A stretch of 64,000 nucleotides of DNA from Sminthopsis crassicaudata (GCF_048593235.1 NC_133617.1:530018958-530082957); one strand, 5' to 3'. Shown: positions 49,401 through 63,150, counted from the first letter of the stretch. Translations and numbers: made by a program. The notes: generated by a model not told the origin, from the letters alone.

Positions 49401-50690
49401 CATTTCACTTGATTTCATTTCTTCCTTCCAAAATGAATAGGTTTTATTCTAGTCAGAAGAAAACATAAATCAATGAAAATTAAGATAGATAGATAGAAAA
49501 AAGTAAAAATTTACAGATTAACTTGGTACTTTGTTACAAGGCTTAGGCTTTTCTGAAGGTTTAAAAGAATTCTCTTTCCTTTGAGCAGTTCCAAGTTAAA
49601 TCTACATCACTGCACAGATCCATATAAGAAATGGATTACGGGATTTTTCAATGTAATTTAATATTTTACAATAAGATAAGGATTTGCAAGAGGGAGGGAG
49701 AAAGATTGTCTAAAAAGATTTGCAGTTTGTAATAGTCCATTTGGTAAGGAATAACAACATGCATTCTGCAAGTGAAACTGTTTAAATCTAAGAGAGCTTG
49801 AAAAATGTGTAGGGGAGGGGAGGGAAAGGGAGGGAGGGGAAGAGAGAAAGAGTTGGGGGCAAGCACAGAGTCAGTTTTATTTCATTTCTTTATCTTTTGC
49901 TTTATTTCTTCCATTCAATTGGGTACACTTTGTGATCAACTTTTTCCACTGAGGTTCTGCAAATAGTTGTGGATCATTCTTTTTCTCCTTTTTATACTTC
50001 ACCTCACTGAGAATAGGGCTCACCTTGCATCTATTTTTATATTTCTGGTGTCTAATATATTGCTTCATACTTGACAAATACTTAATAGACATTGGTTGAA
50101 TTTTGGTGAACGATTTGAAAGGTTCTAAAAACTAAATGTTCTTGACTAATGATATTAACCATATTATTGTACAAAAAATAATTTTCTATTGAGAACCACA
50201 GGCATGATGAAGGCAATATTTCACACATAATTTAATACATTACAAAGTTGTTTCCTGACAATAACTCTGTGACAGCACCGCCATATTCCCCCTCCCCCCA
50301 TTTCATACAAATCATTAGTGATTTGCCTAAGTTCACCTGTCAGAAGTTAAAAATCAGAACCTGGATTAGAACCCCCAGCTGCCTCCTGACTCCCAAGTCT
50401 AGTGTTCTTTCCACCAGAATCAAAGCAGGTGAGAAGGAACCTCAGACTTCACATCTCAAGCAACCCATGCTTGAATATAGAAATCCCCTCACCAACATTA
50501 TCCAACAAATGGTCATCCAGGATTCAGGAAACAGAAAAGGGGAAATGAAAATTGCACCTATAATTAATATCCATAAAATTAATATCCATAATTTAGATGC
50601 TTTAGGAAAAAAAAATCAAGAGCAGCAAAGAAATCCTCTGTATCTGATCACAATCACTGTTTTGTACATAAGAATCTGGATAGCACTTAC

Positions 50691-50721
50691 CAAAGCTGGG
50701 CTGCTTTCACTGGGTTGTTTG
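50691..50721 (-). CDS. EPB41L4B: EPB41L4B coding exon, 31 bp: (A)NNPVKAAQL(C)
   Basis: ttttttaag|CAAACAACCCAGTGAAAGCAGCCCAGCTTTG|gtaagt; matches recalled human ASNPVIAAQLC; phases fit. Confidence 0.92.
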
Positions 50722-52379
50722 CTTAAAAAACAAAAAACAAAAAATAAGTTAAGCCAATATACCAGAAACTGGAAAAAAAAAAAAAAAGAACCAAACAAAC
50801 ATAAATTCATAAGCTGCCTTAAGACAGGATGGAAAGAGATAGGTTGAGAGAACTAATTTTGTATTTGAAGTACATCTTCACAAGAACTTTTCTAATCTAA
50901 AGAAGTAACCTCTTTACTGTGGCTGTCTTTATCATCTCGAGTTCAGAGAGGCTCTGCATTCTCAGAGGCAGTATAATTAAATGCTTCAGTGTTTTATCCA
51001 TCACTCCACAGAGAAAGGGGAAGTGGAAAAAATGGGGAAAGAAAATAGGGAATTGAAAAACAACAAGCACAGGTCAACAATTCTTCCTGAAAAGTTACAC
51101 ACTTATTTTAATAGTATATAAAATCTCTGGTCCTTTCAACTCTCAACACTTACTAAGGGCTTCTCCCAGCTGGTCCCCTTTTGTCTCTTTTCCCTGACTT
51201 TCCTGTCCCCTCTTTTATTGTTCTTACATTCTTCTATATTCTTCCCCAAATAAAAAGAATCATTTATTCAATATTCATTTTTAAATATGTATCACTTGTG
51301 AACATTACGCTAGATGCTAGAAAAGGTACAAAGGTGATGACAATCTGGTCCTTGCTTTCACTGACTTCACAAATTTAGGAATGAAGGAGACATACATACA
51401 TAAATGATTGCTGTATGTGGAACCTGGAGTTAGGAAGACTTGAATTCAAAGTCTACTTCAGACACTTACTAATTATTTATCCCTGGACAATTCACCTGAT
51501 TTGTCTGTGTCTCAGTTTTCCTCACCTATAACACAGAGATATTAACAGCATCTACCTCATGGGGTTGTTATAAGGACCAAATGAGTTAATGCAGAAGAGA
51601 TAAAATAATAAGAAGTGATATTAAGTAAAAATACTATGTAAGTGATAGCTATTATCAATAAAAAATTAACATATTGGCATTAATATTGTTATATTGTAGA
51701 ATTATATATTTTATCATCTTTTATATCAAATATATAATAAATTAGAAATAAAATATTGCTATTTATTATTAATGGAATTAACAATTTAAAAAGATAATAA
51801 ATCATGTTAATTATATGGAAATATTTAAGAGTTTCCATAAATAAATAAAAATAAGCAGATAAATTAAAACCCTTTTAGCCCTACTTTCCATGTGTTTATG
51901 TAAAAACGATTCTCAGGCTCCATCAATGAAATCTTTATTTATACTTCAAGTTCTCTTAAAAACCAGAGATTTCATTTTCTCTTACATTACCTTGAAGCTT
52001 GATTAGTCCAGTTTGAAACACATGGGTGCCACTTATAATTTAATGATTAATCCACAAATATTTACTCACAATCTATTATATGCTCAGGAGCACATAATAT
52101 CAAAGTGTAAGAAAAGGTTCTTGTCCTCAGGGAGGTTCTAGTTTACTAGGAAATATCAGAAAAATATACAAACAAGATGAAGACACACAGACAAGCTGTG
52201 ATAGAGGCTAAGTGTTGCCAGAGGAGTCAGAGAATGGTACATAAGAGTCTATTCTGATTACGGAAAAATCTTCATGGAACAGATGGAACTTGACCCTGGT
52301 ATTGAAAAATGTGTAGAATTTGGATAGAAGGAGGAAAGAAGAGTTTACAAAAGTCTTATCTCTTGCCCTCTCTAGAGTA

Positions 52380-53720
52380 GCTACTCAAATCACTTTCACA
52401 ACTTCTTGCCTTCTGAACAAAGTATAAACTCCTGACTTTAGCATTCAAAGCTTTCCACTATTCAGATCCAACCAGTCCGTTCTGCCTTGCCATATGACCT
52501 AGTTTAAAGGTTTATTATGTGGAAGGTACTGGGTGGGGTACTAGAAATACCAACAAAAGCAAAAGACTCATTTGGGACATCACATGAAAATAGATAAGTA
52601 AATACAAAGAAAGCAATTTCAAGTGAGTAAGATTGCCAAAAATTGAGAATTCAGGTGGGGCATAAGGGTGGTATCTGAATTGTGAACAAGGTATTCTAAA
52701 AGGCAGAGATGAAAGGGAGAGGATTTCAAATGTAGGAAACCAGTTATACCAAAAAATATGGAGGGAGGAGATGGAATGTTCTGAAGAGGAATTAGCCAGC
52801 AGGCCAGTCTAACTGGAACAATGTGAAATAAACTTAGAAAAGGTGGAAGAAACCAGATTGAGAATGAAGGACCTAAAATGTTGGACTGAATATTTAACCC
52901 TAGAAGCAACTGAGAACCACTGGAGATTTCTGAATTAAGAAGTAGGGTTTATGTTTTTCAGAATATTAATTTGGTAGCTGTGTGGAGGACAGATTAGAGA
53001 AGGGAGAGAATGAAAGAAAACCAATTAGGGAGTTATTACAGTCGTTTAAGTGAAAGGTGATGAAGGCTTTAGCTAAAAGTAACTTCTCTATGAAGGGAGA
53101 GAAATGGAAAAATGTGAAAGTTAATGCTGAATGATTGAGTCTGCTTATACCTTGATTAAACATGCCCTGGTTACAACTGCTATCTGTCTTCATTTTTTTC
53201 ATTAAGGCCCAACTCAGATGCACCATGAAATATTCTATAGCACCACTCAGCACCAGAGCAAACATTTTTCTTTCCCTCTTCAAATTTCTTATACTACATT
53301 TATGGGACTCCTCCTTTTATGAGGACTACATATATGAATTTTCCCTTTCTTCTAATGCCAGTTCTTTTAAAAGAAAACATATCCACAATTTTCCATGTTC
53401 AAAACCAGCCCTCTTGCCTTTTCTCTCTCTACATTCCAAGGAAAGAGCTGATTAACAGCACTAAGTGCAGCAGAAACATTTTTTAAAAAGACTAAGTTTT
53501 TTTAAAAAAGCAGCAGAATTTGGAGTTGTTGAAAGGAATTTTCAGCAAAGTGATAGAAGCCAGATGGCAGAACACCTCACAGGGTATATAAGGAAAGAAA
53601 GGCAGTCAGTAAGATCCATTTCAAGGAATTCACCCATAAAATAAAGAGCAGAAAGAAAAGAAATGGCAGCTAGTAGAGATAACAGGAGGAAGAAAAGGTT
53701 TATTAGATATGTATAGGGTT
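52380..53720. mobile_element. Patchwork of L2 fragments in both orientations
   Basis: ctcctgactttagcattcaaagc; gaaggagcttt-like and gtggaggacagattagagaagggagaga L2 motifs. Confidence 0.5.
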
Positions 53721-54623
53721 GATTGCATTAAGAAGAGGTGATGAAGACAAACAAGGTTTTGTTGAAGGTTTTCCTCTTCTTCACCAATTAGGGGAAAGTC
53801 CATAATGAACCACCTACCAGCAACTAGTTCTTTTTTTTTCTTTTTTTTACTTCTTTCTAGAGATTGATTTATGACTTTCTACCCTTTAATACTGAACAGC
53901 TTATAGTAGATTAATACAACTCAACACTATACAAGGTATTAATCTATATCAATTATGAAATATGTAACACCAATTTCACCACAAATCATGGTAACCTCAT
54001 TAATCACATGAGTTTAATACTGTCTCTGTACTGTATCAGTCCATTATTTTCTCATCATTCTTTTCTTATTGTATGCCTTTCTTTTTAATGTATTTTGCTG
54101 CTAGAGATTGGCTGATTTTCCTTCTTTTAAATGGATGTGTTTATAAAGGTATCTGGCATGAGATTTTTTCTGCAGATGAGATGAAAGCTGCAATAAATGA
54201 CCTAATATTGTCAAAGGAAGGGAAAACCTAGGTTGACATCTCCTTCCCTCATTTGATTAAAATGAGCTGGTAGACAGAAGTTTGTGGGACTTTGATTATT
54301 GTGAGTTAATTATAAAGAACTCTAATGGAACAGCTTGTTTCTTTGGGAAAGGCTCAGAAGTTATATGGAGCCCTATGAGGTTTTTGGGGAATTCAGGTTG
54401 CTGTCAACAACACACAAGTTATTTTGATGATAGTGCTGAGCCATGTGAGCAATAAATCTTGTTTGCTGAAAGCTAAAAGGACTCAGATGACCCAAGGTGA
54501 ATCATGATTGACTGTGTCAGGACAGATTATAGAGAGTCTTCACAAAGTCAACCAAAAAGTATTCAAGTGTTTATATGAATGTCTGTCCATGTACTTAAAT
54601 TTATACACCTACACTGGAGTCAT

Positions 54624-54663
<40 letters not shown>

Positions 54664-55100
54664 CTACCTGAGTCTAATCTCTTCATTGTCCATCATTTAC
54701 CCCTCCTACTATAATTCTCATGGTATGATAACAGGGGATATTGGCTTATTGTTTTTGAAAAATATATGTTTGTCCTACGTAAGATAGCTATTTCATTCTT
54801 AGCATTAAAATTATCCCCTGACACTTCTGAAACCCTACTGACTGCTCACAAAAGAGTGGGAAGGGATAAGGTAGTGACAGACAAGGTTGATTGAAATGAC
54901 AGAATGAAAACATAAAAGAGAAAGAAAAGAAGGAAATAGCAACATAGCAAATAATGATTAAATTTGTTTAGGAGCTATCCAGATAAACTTCTACTTTTCT
55001 AGGATGAGTGGCCAGTCTAAAAATAAAAAGTTCTGACTTTGCTTTTAATTGGATTTGATGAGTTAAAAAAATATTTGACATAGAATGAAAAACATACAAC

Positions 55101-55210
55101 CTTTGAAAGTTGAGTGCCTCCGCGATGGGTATCGTTTACTAGGTCTTCTTTCAAAGGTACTAGTTCTTCTTAACCGAGCCCCATGAGTAGCTTGATACTC
55201 TGTTCTCCCA
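55101..55210 (-). CDS. EPB41L4B: EPB41L4B coding exon, 110 bp, FERM-adjacent domain: (S)GRTEYQATHGARLRRTSTFERRPSKRYPSRRHSTFK
   Basis: tattttttag|TGGGAGA...TTCAAAG|gttgta; RFRFSGRTE motif spans the junction; phase 2 to 1. Confidence 0.96.
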
Positions 55211-57039
55211 CTAAAAAATAAACAGGGTTTTTGGGTTTTTTTTTTTTTTTTTGATAAATTAACAATTTTATTAGAATATAGTTGCAAAAGAATTTGTAGA
55301 AACGAGCTTTTTCAATTGGATTAAATGGGATCAATCTTTCAATTCAACCATGAAGTGTAATTGTTTAGGTATTCAATTGAATCTTAAATTCAGTTTATGG
55401 GCCAGTCTAAGGAATCAAAATGGTGACCTATGACAATTTCAATGTCTTAATAAGTTTGAGTTAGTGAGGATAAAAGCTTCCAGAAATTGATAATTTCCTC
55501 CAAGGCATTATTCCTAAAATTCAAAGAAATATATACTCCATAGTCTGAACATGTAGGTTTTATCTTAGGAAGGATTAAGTGAATTTCTTAAAACAAACAA
55601 AAAAACCCCCATAGCATTTGATCCACAAGTAAATAATTTACTTATATTTTTTCCTAAAAGAAATAATAATGAAAATTATAATAACAACCAATATTTTATA
55701 ATACTTTAAGTTTAACACTATATAGATTATCTCTGATCCTCACAATAAGCCTCTATTCATATCTATTTTACATATTGGGAAACTGACACTCAAACAGATT
55801 ATTTACCAGCGGTCACACAACCAGTAATTTTGAAAGAATTTAAAACCATGTCTTCCTGATTCCAAGTATCATACTTTTCCAATATACTATTCTTGGTTAG
55901 AAAAAAAATTATTTACTCCCAATCATCAACAAGTCCCTAATTATTATCTTAAATGAACAAGATCTACAGAACAAGAATAACAGAGAAATGTCAGTTATTT
56001 AAATAGGTTATTATTAATTGTTCTTTAAGCTTTGACTTTGCTAATCACATTTAGTTCTCTGATCTACAGTAATTTAGATATCAAAAAGCCCTGTGATTGT
56101 ATAGAGCATTTTAGAAATTCTATTTTTCAAGTATCTGCCTATCTTTGCCATTTTCAGGCCTCCAATGACACTGCAGCTCTTACCTGCACTTACAGCTTAC
56201 CAGAGAGAAGACAAAGATCTATTATTTAGTATTCCTGAAGGGGCAGCTCAGTTTCATACTACATACTGAATTGACCCACAAACTGCCTCTTCATTTTCCC
56301 TGGCCTGATCTTTCCCTTATGGCCCGCAGACAAAATAAAGGAAAAAAGGACTATAGAGTGACAACCTGATTCTATTAAATCCTGTGGTAGTCACCTTCCA
56401 ATCAGGAAGAGTCCTGTGGGCTTTACCTGTGGGTAAACTTACATATTGGATTGGAGGTTTAGAGCTGGGAATGACCTTAAGGTCATTTAGTCTATTTTAT
56501 AGATGAGGATAAGGAGGTTCAAAATGGCTGAGCAGCTTGCCCAAGATGAGAGGTCATAAAGTAGCAGAGTTCAGTTCTGAATTTAGATCCCGTGACTTAC
56601 AAATATAAATTTTTTTCTTTGCATCATGTAGACCTGCCCGCCCTCCCTTTGCAGGCCATTCACTTACTTATTCCTCAAAATGGGTACAAACATACAAGTG
56701 AGCTTCTTTAAAATTTTTTCTGAATTAATGTTTCAGTGTTTTATAAGCTATCGGATGCTTCTTATAAAATATTTCTTTCTTAAAAATTAATTTGCCTTTA
56801 TATTTCTGCACATTTTCAAACCCCTCTAAAGAAAAGAGAAAAATGCCCATTTAAAAAAAAAAAAAGTTCTATAGTGATTTTTTCTTCATGTTGCCAATAT
56901 GCTTTCAAATGGATAGTTTCTGTAATTTGAAATAGAATTTAATTAGATATTACATAGGAAGAGATGCAAGATCTATGATTGCATTCATATATGTAAAGTT
57001 TTATGATTACATTTGACGTACTAATAGAATCACAGACTT

Positions 57040-57660
57040 AAAATTGGGAGGGCTCCTTATCATCTAAATCTGACTAGAACATGAAACTACCATTCCCACC
57101 ACATAGTCACCTGGAGTCCTAAGAGGTAATTTCCAATCTCCAGAAATAATCCAATTCTATCAACTCTGATTGAAAGAAAATCTTTATATTAAACCGAAAT
57201 CTACCTCCCTATAATTCCCAACCAATCTTCTAGTTTCACTTTCTAAAATAAAATTTAAAAAAAATGTCTATTCCCTTTTCTACATGATAGCCCTTCTAAT
57301 ATTTGAAGATGTATTCCCTAAGTGTTCACTTTAAGCTAAATATTCCCTATATCTTCAACTAGTCCTGAAATAGCAGTATGCAGCCCCTTCATCCCCCTAG
57401 TCACTATGTTTTGAACATGTTCAGCATCCTGTCTAGAATGTCATTGTTATTCATCTTTCATTTTCAAATAGGATCCATGACAGTTTAAGTGATGTCTTGA
57501 CTTGTGCATGAGTTGGATTTACATAAGGCAGAAATGCCCAAAGTCATCACAAGTAGATATGATATTCTGGATCTAGTCTCATTAGGATACCTCAATTCCT
57601 CCCCCCCCCCTTGCTTGGGGCATTACAATCCTAATATTGTTGCCTCAGAGCATCTGTTGC
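57040..57660 (-). mobile_element. CR1/L3 fragment
   Basis: ctctgattgaaagaaaatctttatattaaaccgaaatctacctccc...tacatgatagcccttc. Confidence 0.6.
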
Positions 57661-57711
57661 TTTTTTTCTTTTTTTTTTTTTTTTAAATGGATAAACCTGC
57701 CCCATTCTTTG

Positions 57712-57960
57712 GGGCAGCTAAGTAACAATGGATAGAATGTCAGGTCTGGAGTCAAGAAGATTTGAGTTAAAATTTGACCTCAGACAATTACTAGTTGTGT
57801 TACTCTGAGCAAATCATTTAACCCAGCTTGCCTCAGTTTTCTCATCTGTAAAATGAGCTAAAGGAGGAAATGGTAAATGATTAATATAATTTTTGCCAAA
57901 AAAAAAAAAAAAAAAAAAGTCCAAATGGACCAGGAAGAGTCAGACATAACGGAACAACAA
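57712..57960 (+). mobile_element. Mar1-like CORE-SINE ending ~50 bp from the 170-bp exon donor
   Basis: ggggcagctaagt...ggagtcaagaag...cctcagttttctcatctgtaaaatgag...gagtcagacata. Confidence 0.8.
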
Positions 57961-58006
57961 TTCTTTGGAACAAAGAGTCTCTTAACTTAGACAAATGGTT
58001 AATTAC

Positions 58007-58176
58007 CTGAACCTAAATCGTGATCCTAGTCTTATGAAGTCTGATCTATTGGATTTATTATTTGCTGGTGTCCTCAATCTGAAGAATGCATGATGCTCAA
58101 CTGCACATTTCCAGAGGTGCTTGCAGGTCCTGGAGCTATCTAACCGGAAAACAAATGTGTGCTCTTGCTCTCGTCC
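58007..58176 (-). CDS. EPB41L4B: EPB41L4B coding exon, 170 bp, end of FERM and start of FERM-adjacent region: [56 protein letters not shown](S)
   Basis: tatttaag|GGACGA...TTCAG|gtaatt; contains the hallmark [14 protein letters not shown] motif. Confidence 0.98.
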
Positions 58177-58268
58177 CTTAAATATAAAACAGATTATCCT
58201 GTTAGTTCTGCACATCTGATGCTAGAGAAGGGTTGATATAAAGATAAAAAAGCAAGGATTAAAATTAC

Positions 58269-58338
58269 CTGATCATCATCTTCTACGACAACAAGGGTTA
58301 ATTTGCTCTTTTTAAAATCCATTTTAGTGATTTTGGGC
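58269..58338 (-). CDS. EPB41L4B: EPB41L4B coding exon, 70 bp: (W)PKITKMDFKKSKLTLVVVEDDDQ
   Basis: ataattag|GCCCAAA...GATCAG|gtaatt; phase 2 to 0; followed by a 92-bp intron containing ACTAAC. Confidence 0.97.
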
Positions 58339-58737
58339 CTAATTATAGAGAAAACATTTTTACAGTAGAACCATAAATACAGGCAATTCATATATGTTAA
58401 ATAGTGATTACCATTCTGTTGTTTAAAACTCTTAGAAGTTTAAGTGAAACTTTATTCAATAATTCAAAGATCACTTTACCAATGATAATTGCAAAACATT
58501 CATGCCTTGGAAGAAAAGTTTTGTGAGCTGCTTGAACAAAAAAGTTCATCATCTATGGTGAACTTTCTGGTAGTTTTTGTTGACATGAATCGATTTAATT
58601 TAAATGGGACTAGCCAGAATTTCAGGGTTCCCTCAGGGAGTGAAACATGGGAGATTTAACGTAATGATAGGAGTTTTCTAAAAATGAATCTGAGTTTTAT
58701 AAAACCATTTCAGTATTTTCTCTTTCTCCCTTCTATC

Positions 58738-58771
<34 letters not shown>

Positions 58772-59005
58772 ATTACTATGGCAAACTCCAAGTTTGGTAC
58801 CTCCCTTCAGCAACAGAAATCAAAAAGCTCATTTAACCCACAGTCTTAGAAAGTTGTCAGGGCAGACAGAGGACTTGAGTCCTAAATCCAAGGCAGCATT
58901 CTTTCCACTACGACATGTGAACTTTCAATGTTATCATCCACCATAATATATTATTCCACCACAAAATAGTACACATTCAAAATAATATTAGACAAGCTAA
59001 ATTAC

Positions 59006-59094
59006 CAAAAGAATAAACCTATTTTGTTAGCTCCTTCAAAGATTAATATCCCTGTTGGTGTTAGACCAAGAGCATATTCACAGCCATCTCTTCC
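59006..59094 (-). CDS. EPB41L4B: EPB41L4B coding exon, 89 bp, FERM C-lobe: [29 protein letters not shown](W)
   Basis: tttgtttatag|GGAAGAGAT...TTCTTTTG|gtaatt; phase 0 to 2. Confidence 0.97.
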
Positions 59095-59344
59095 CTATAA
59101 ACAAAAGAAGTGACAATTAGTACACAAGTTTAATGTTTAATTCAATATAATAAACATTTTAAGTAGCTAGCATGGTTCTATACACTGTAAGAGTTTAACA
59201 TTTACATGATATTAAATTCCTATCCTCAAGGAACTTGCAGTCTAGTATGAATATGAAAATTTATTATCAAAGGCTTGTTTCTAAGCTTTCAACAGCATGT
59301 GTACTGACATTATTTAGTTATTAAGGTGTTTCTCCATATCTTAC

Positions 59345-59432
59345 CTTAACTACATGCATGTCTACTCCATACATTTCTAACCATTTTGCTTTGTTCAAAT
59401 AGGAAAGTTCAGCTTGTGCAGGACTCTTCCCC
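59345..59432 (-). CDS. EPB41L4B: EPB41L4B coding exon, 88 bp, FERM domain: (R)[29 protein letters not shown]
   Basis: ttttgtgaag|GGGGAAGAGT...GTAGTTAAG|gtaaga; typical FERM F2/F3 motif; phase 2 to 0. Confidence 0.97.
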
Positions 59433-60735
59433 CTTCACAAAAGAAAGAGAGATACATGTAAGCTGTTGGACAAATATAAAGGAATTTTCAATGCTACCTC
59501 AAGAATCTGTCATAGGAGATTTGGATCCCCTTCTTCTGAGGGGAACTGGCTGCCATTTTTCTGACATGGGTATGGGGAACTTATTTTAATTTCGTCTAGC
59601 CTACAAGGAAATACCAAGAGCTAATGTCCATTATGCCTATAGTTATAAAAATGCAGCATGAATTTAATATAGATGATCTCAAAAATCACACCTTAGGAAT
59701 ACCTTGCCATGGAAAGAAGGAAAACTTGTTTTTCTATAAAATCAATGAGCCACACCTATTTTCCAGACGATGATGTTAAGATTTTTCTGCATTGAAAAAG
59801 TGCTTTCAAAGAATAAGCGGGAAATAACTGCTTAGTATAATAAATTAAACCACACTGTTAAATCCAGTATTGAGGTCTTTTTTATTTATTTAACAAGAAT
59901 TTATTGAATAAATATTTATTGAACAAACAAAACATTTGTTTATTCATTTATTTATTTTAGAGAGCAGTTTTGCAAAGTTAGCTTTTAGCCTCCTTTCGCT
60001 CTAAATTACTGTTATTTTAATTTTAATTAATTTTAATAATTTTATTATTGTTATAGTTTACATTTTTGTAACTACAGACTGGTTTGTGTATACTCTGTGA
60101 TTATGTAGAACATCTGGATGAAACTAAATGCTAAAATTTTAGGACTTTTGTGTGTTGAGGGGTGAGTCCCTTGAGATAAAAATTACAGCAGGGCTATAGG
60201 GAGATTTTTTTTTTTTTTAAATTTCCTTTATGCTGCAATTTGATTTTAAACTATTACATTATAAGGGAAAGCACATTCAGAATAATAATTTACATTGTAG
60301 AAGTGCCACATTCTACCATGAGGGCTATTTGTACCTTGTCAGCAGTAGCAAAATAATATTTCAAACATCTTCCACAATACTTATAAAAGCTTTTATTTGA
60401 GGTTTCTGCAGAAAGCAAAGTCCTCAACATTTCCTCCCTTCTCCCAAATGTCTAGGAGTGGTACTTGAGAGAAATTCTATCTCTTGGGATTTCCTTATTT
60501 CTAAATCACCATTCTCCAAGTTACCCAGATTTCAATATTGAAGTTATCTTTAACATCTCCCCCACCCTCAACATCTAATTAGCCAACAGTACTGATCTTC
60601 AAATATCTTGTATTTTTCTATCCACATGTCTATCTAACCTTTCTTTTCTTGGATAATATTTTGCCTTTAGTCATTTTCTTTCCACATTTGAAATTTAGAC
60701 ATTCTATTTCAAACTTTAAAAGTACTGGTCAATTT

Positions 60736-60925
60736 AATATAGAAATATTTTACATATACAAGCCATGTCAGACTCCTTATTATCTCAAGGAGGGAAAAGA
60801 AAAAAGAAAAAAAGATAGAATTTGGAAATCAACACTTAAAAAAAAAAATCACACCTAAATGTTAGAAATTGTTTTTTACATGTCACTGGAAAGGGGGAAT
60901 AAAATATCATTTTTAAGAAAAAAAT
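60736..60925 (+). mobile_element. Old L1 3' end with TSD
   Basis: aagtactggtcaattt (60720-60735) / aagtactgatcaattt (60926-60941). Confidence 0.7.
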
Positions 60926-62229
60926 AAGTACTGATCAATTTCCCTAAACATGACTAAATTCTCTTGAATTAGCACAGCACAATTACCCTCTGGCTTCATC
61001 TTTGTCATCTGAGAGATTGCTAGGGCAGAATAATTCTATAGTCAGAAGTAAAATAAGAGACCAGCATTCACTTCATTATTATAGGGGTTATCTGGTCAAC
61101 TCCTGCCCTCCAACCAAATACAATTGCTTTGTCTTGTTGGTTACTAATAGGAAACTAAATGAATAGTTATGTGCAGTATTATTTTAATATGGTGCATTTT
61201 ATTGCATCCTAATTCTTTGCAAACTGGTAATCCATAAATGACAATTACAATAAAACCCTTTTAAGCAGAATATTTTATTAAGGAGGCTATAGCCTCTTCT
61301 ATTACTCTATTTCCTGACCCTTTAAGGAAAGAAAAAGCTCACTCAATATATGTTATAAGTGCATGTGCACACACATATACCGCCCCCTCCCCATGACTGA
61401 TCAAATGCATAGACACTCTGAGTAGTTTCTACTACTATATTTCTGTAGGAAAAAAGGTTGAAAACAATACTTATGGGCCTAAGGTAATGTCTTCCACATT
61501 TCTGTGTCTCTGAATTCTGGTTCCTGAGCACTGTACTTAAAAAGTGTTCAAAACTATGAATAAGAATTAATTCAGTGAATATGGATTACAGGTATGCAGG
61601 TATGGGTAGAAAAAGATAACCAATAGTCCATATTGTACTGAAAAAAAATCCTACAAGGTTCTTATAATAATCTGGGTTTCATACATTTGGACAACCTGGA
61701 ATAGTCCCATGCAGGCAGTTCAAACACTATCATGAGGATGTAGAGCTGGAAGGGACCCTGGAAGGGACCCTAGACCCATGTATTCCAACCCCCTCATTTT
61801 AATAGATAAAAAAAATAGAAACTCATAGGGGAGAAGTAATTTATTTATGGTCATAAGTAAAAAGCAGGAAAACTAGGATTCAAATCTTCTAACTCTAAAT
61901 CAGGTTCTTATAAAATTACATGCTATATATTCATTCCCATAGGCATTTAACTTTCATCAACAAAATCCCTTCTTGGTTACTTTTATAAATAGGTTAACTA
62001 AAATGAGCAGTGGTTCCTTGGTTAATTAGCTAACAATTGATTATCCTGACATAAGAAATGGAGAAAAATATCCCTTGATTTTTCAAGGTCCAATATAGTA
62101 AAGGAATAATGAACTAAAAAAAAAAAAGGTTGAGAACAAATACTTATGGGCTCAGAGATCATTATAAGAATGCACAGGATAGGTAGAAGGTCAGCATTAC
62201 TTCATTATAATTAATAACTGGGGTTCTGT

Positions 62230-63150
62230 GGCATGGGACTCATGGAATAAGTGATGGAAAAGTATAATTTGTTCAGAAGAGACAGATCTAATCATCGAAG
62301 AAAATGTGTCACAAACCTATGTTTACATTTATGAATTTATGTCTAGAGCCCAATAAAATTTAGGGATCTAAAAGTAAGAACAGGTTATAAACCATTGATA
62401 TATAAAGATAAAAAGAAAGAAAACATGTTCTATCATTGTGCATGTACATCAGGAGATGTCTGGCTGTCTGGCCAAAGACATAGATTATGGATGACTTTTT
62501 CCCTGACTGTTAATTACCAGTATAAATCAGTGGCAGGATATAATATGATGGGAAGTCTTTAAGTATCCATATATATCCTGGGATCTCCAAATTGCTAAAA
62601 AAAAAAAAAAAAACCAAACAATAGAGCATCCCAAAAATTCTTCTCTTGTGTTGATGACAATTTAATCTCTCAGAAGGCAGAGGAAGGAATAAAGGAAATT
62701 TCCACTTTGCACTTAATTCTGATCAACAAAATAGAACTCGCTGATGGATTAAAGTGAGAAAAACATTGAAAGAAAGTGACTGTATCATCTCAAAAGGGCA
62801 AGAGGCAGGGAAAGGAACACAGCATAATTAGACAAGTACCGTAGACATTATGAAATTAATTTTTTCAGTTTTTTAGAAATGATAGATTTGCTCTAATAGA
62901 GAGATTAGAAAAGGGAAAAAGGGCATGGGATTTTTAAATAAATGAAATTCTGATAATACAATGATCAACAATGAAACAATCAATTTAATTAGACACGGAG
63001 ATGAATTTATAAAAGGATATAGCAATGATGGAATAAAATACCATATAAATAAAGACTAAAAATAGTGATCATAAAAATCTAAGAAGTGTTAGGAAAGTCA
63101 ATGCTTAGAATGAACTGCAAAAATTAGAAGGAAAACAAAAAAGATTTAAA
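62230..63150 (+). mobile_element. CR1/L3 ORF2 endonuclease-region remnant
   Basis: Degenerate MGxFxYP...W...FxCVDDNLISQK...STLHLILxN motif string. Confidence 0.65.

Larger units (their letters stand above)
7792..59432 (-). other. EPB41L4B: EPB41L4B gene, partial; further exons lie outside the window on both sides
   Basis: Spliced exons give ...[26 protein letters not shown]...[32 protein letters not shown]...SGRTEYQATHG...RRHSTFK, followed by either ...KLMTAL* or the HQ-repeat exon. These residues match EPB41L4B rather than the paralog EPB41L5 as I recall them. Confidence 0.96.

Noticed and set aside
50722-50790. Upstream CAG acceptor with a long poly-U tract 47 nt before the 31-bp exon
   Set aside because: It would shift the frame; a CTTAAC branch-like site lies between the two AGs, and homology supports the downstream AG.
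50248-50847. Longest ORF in the track (199 aa, + strand)
   Set aside because: Starts at TTG, runs through a SINE fragment and A-runs, is antisense to the 31-bp exon, and has no recognisable domain.
53907-53946. 11-bp perfect inverted repeat (tagattaatac/gtattaatcta) with an 18-nt loop
   Set aside because: Roughly one such stem is expected by chance in 64 kb of AT-rich DNA, and it is too short for a pre-miRNA.
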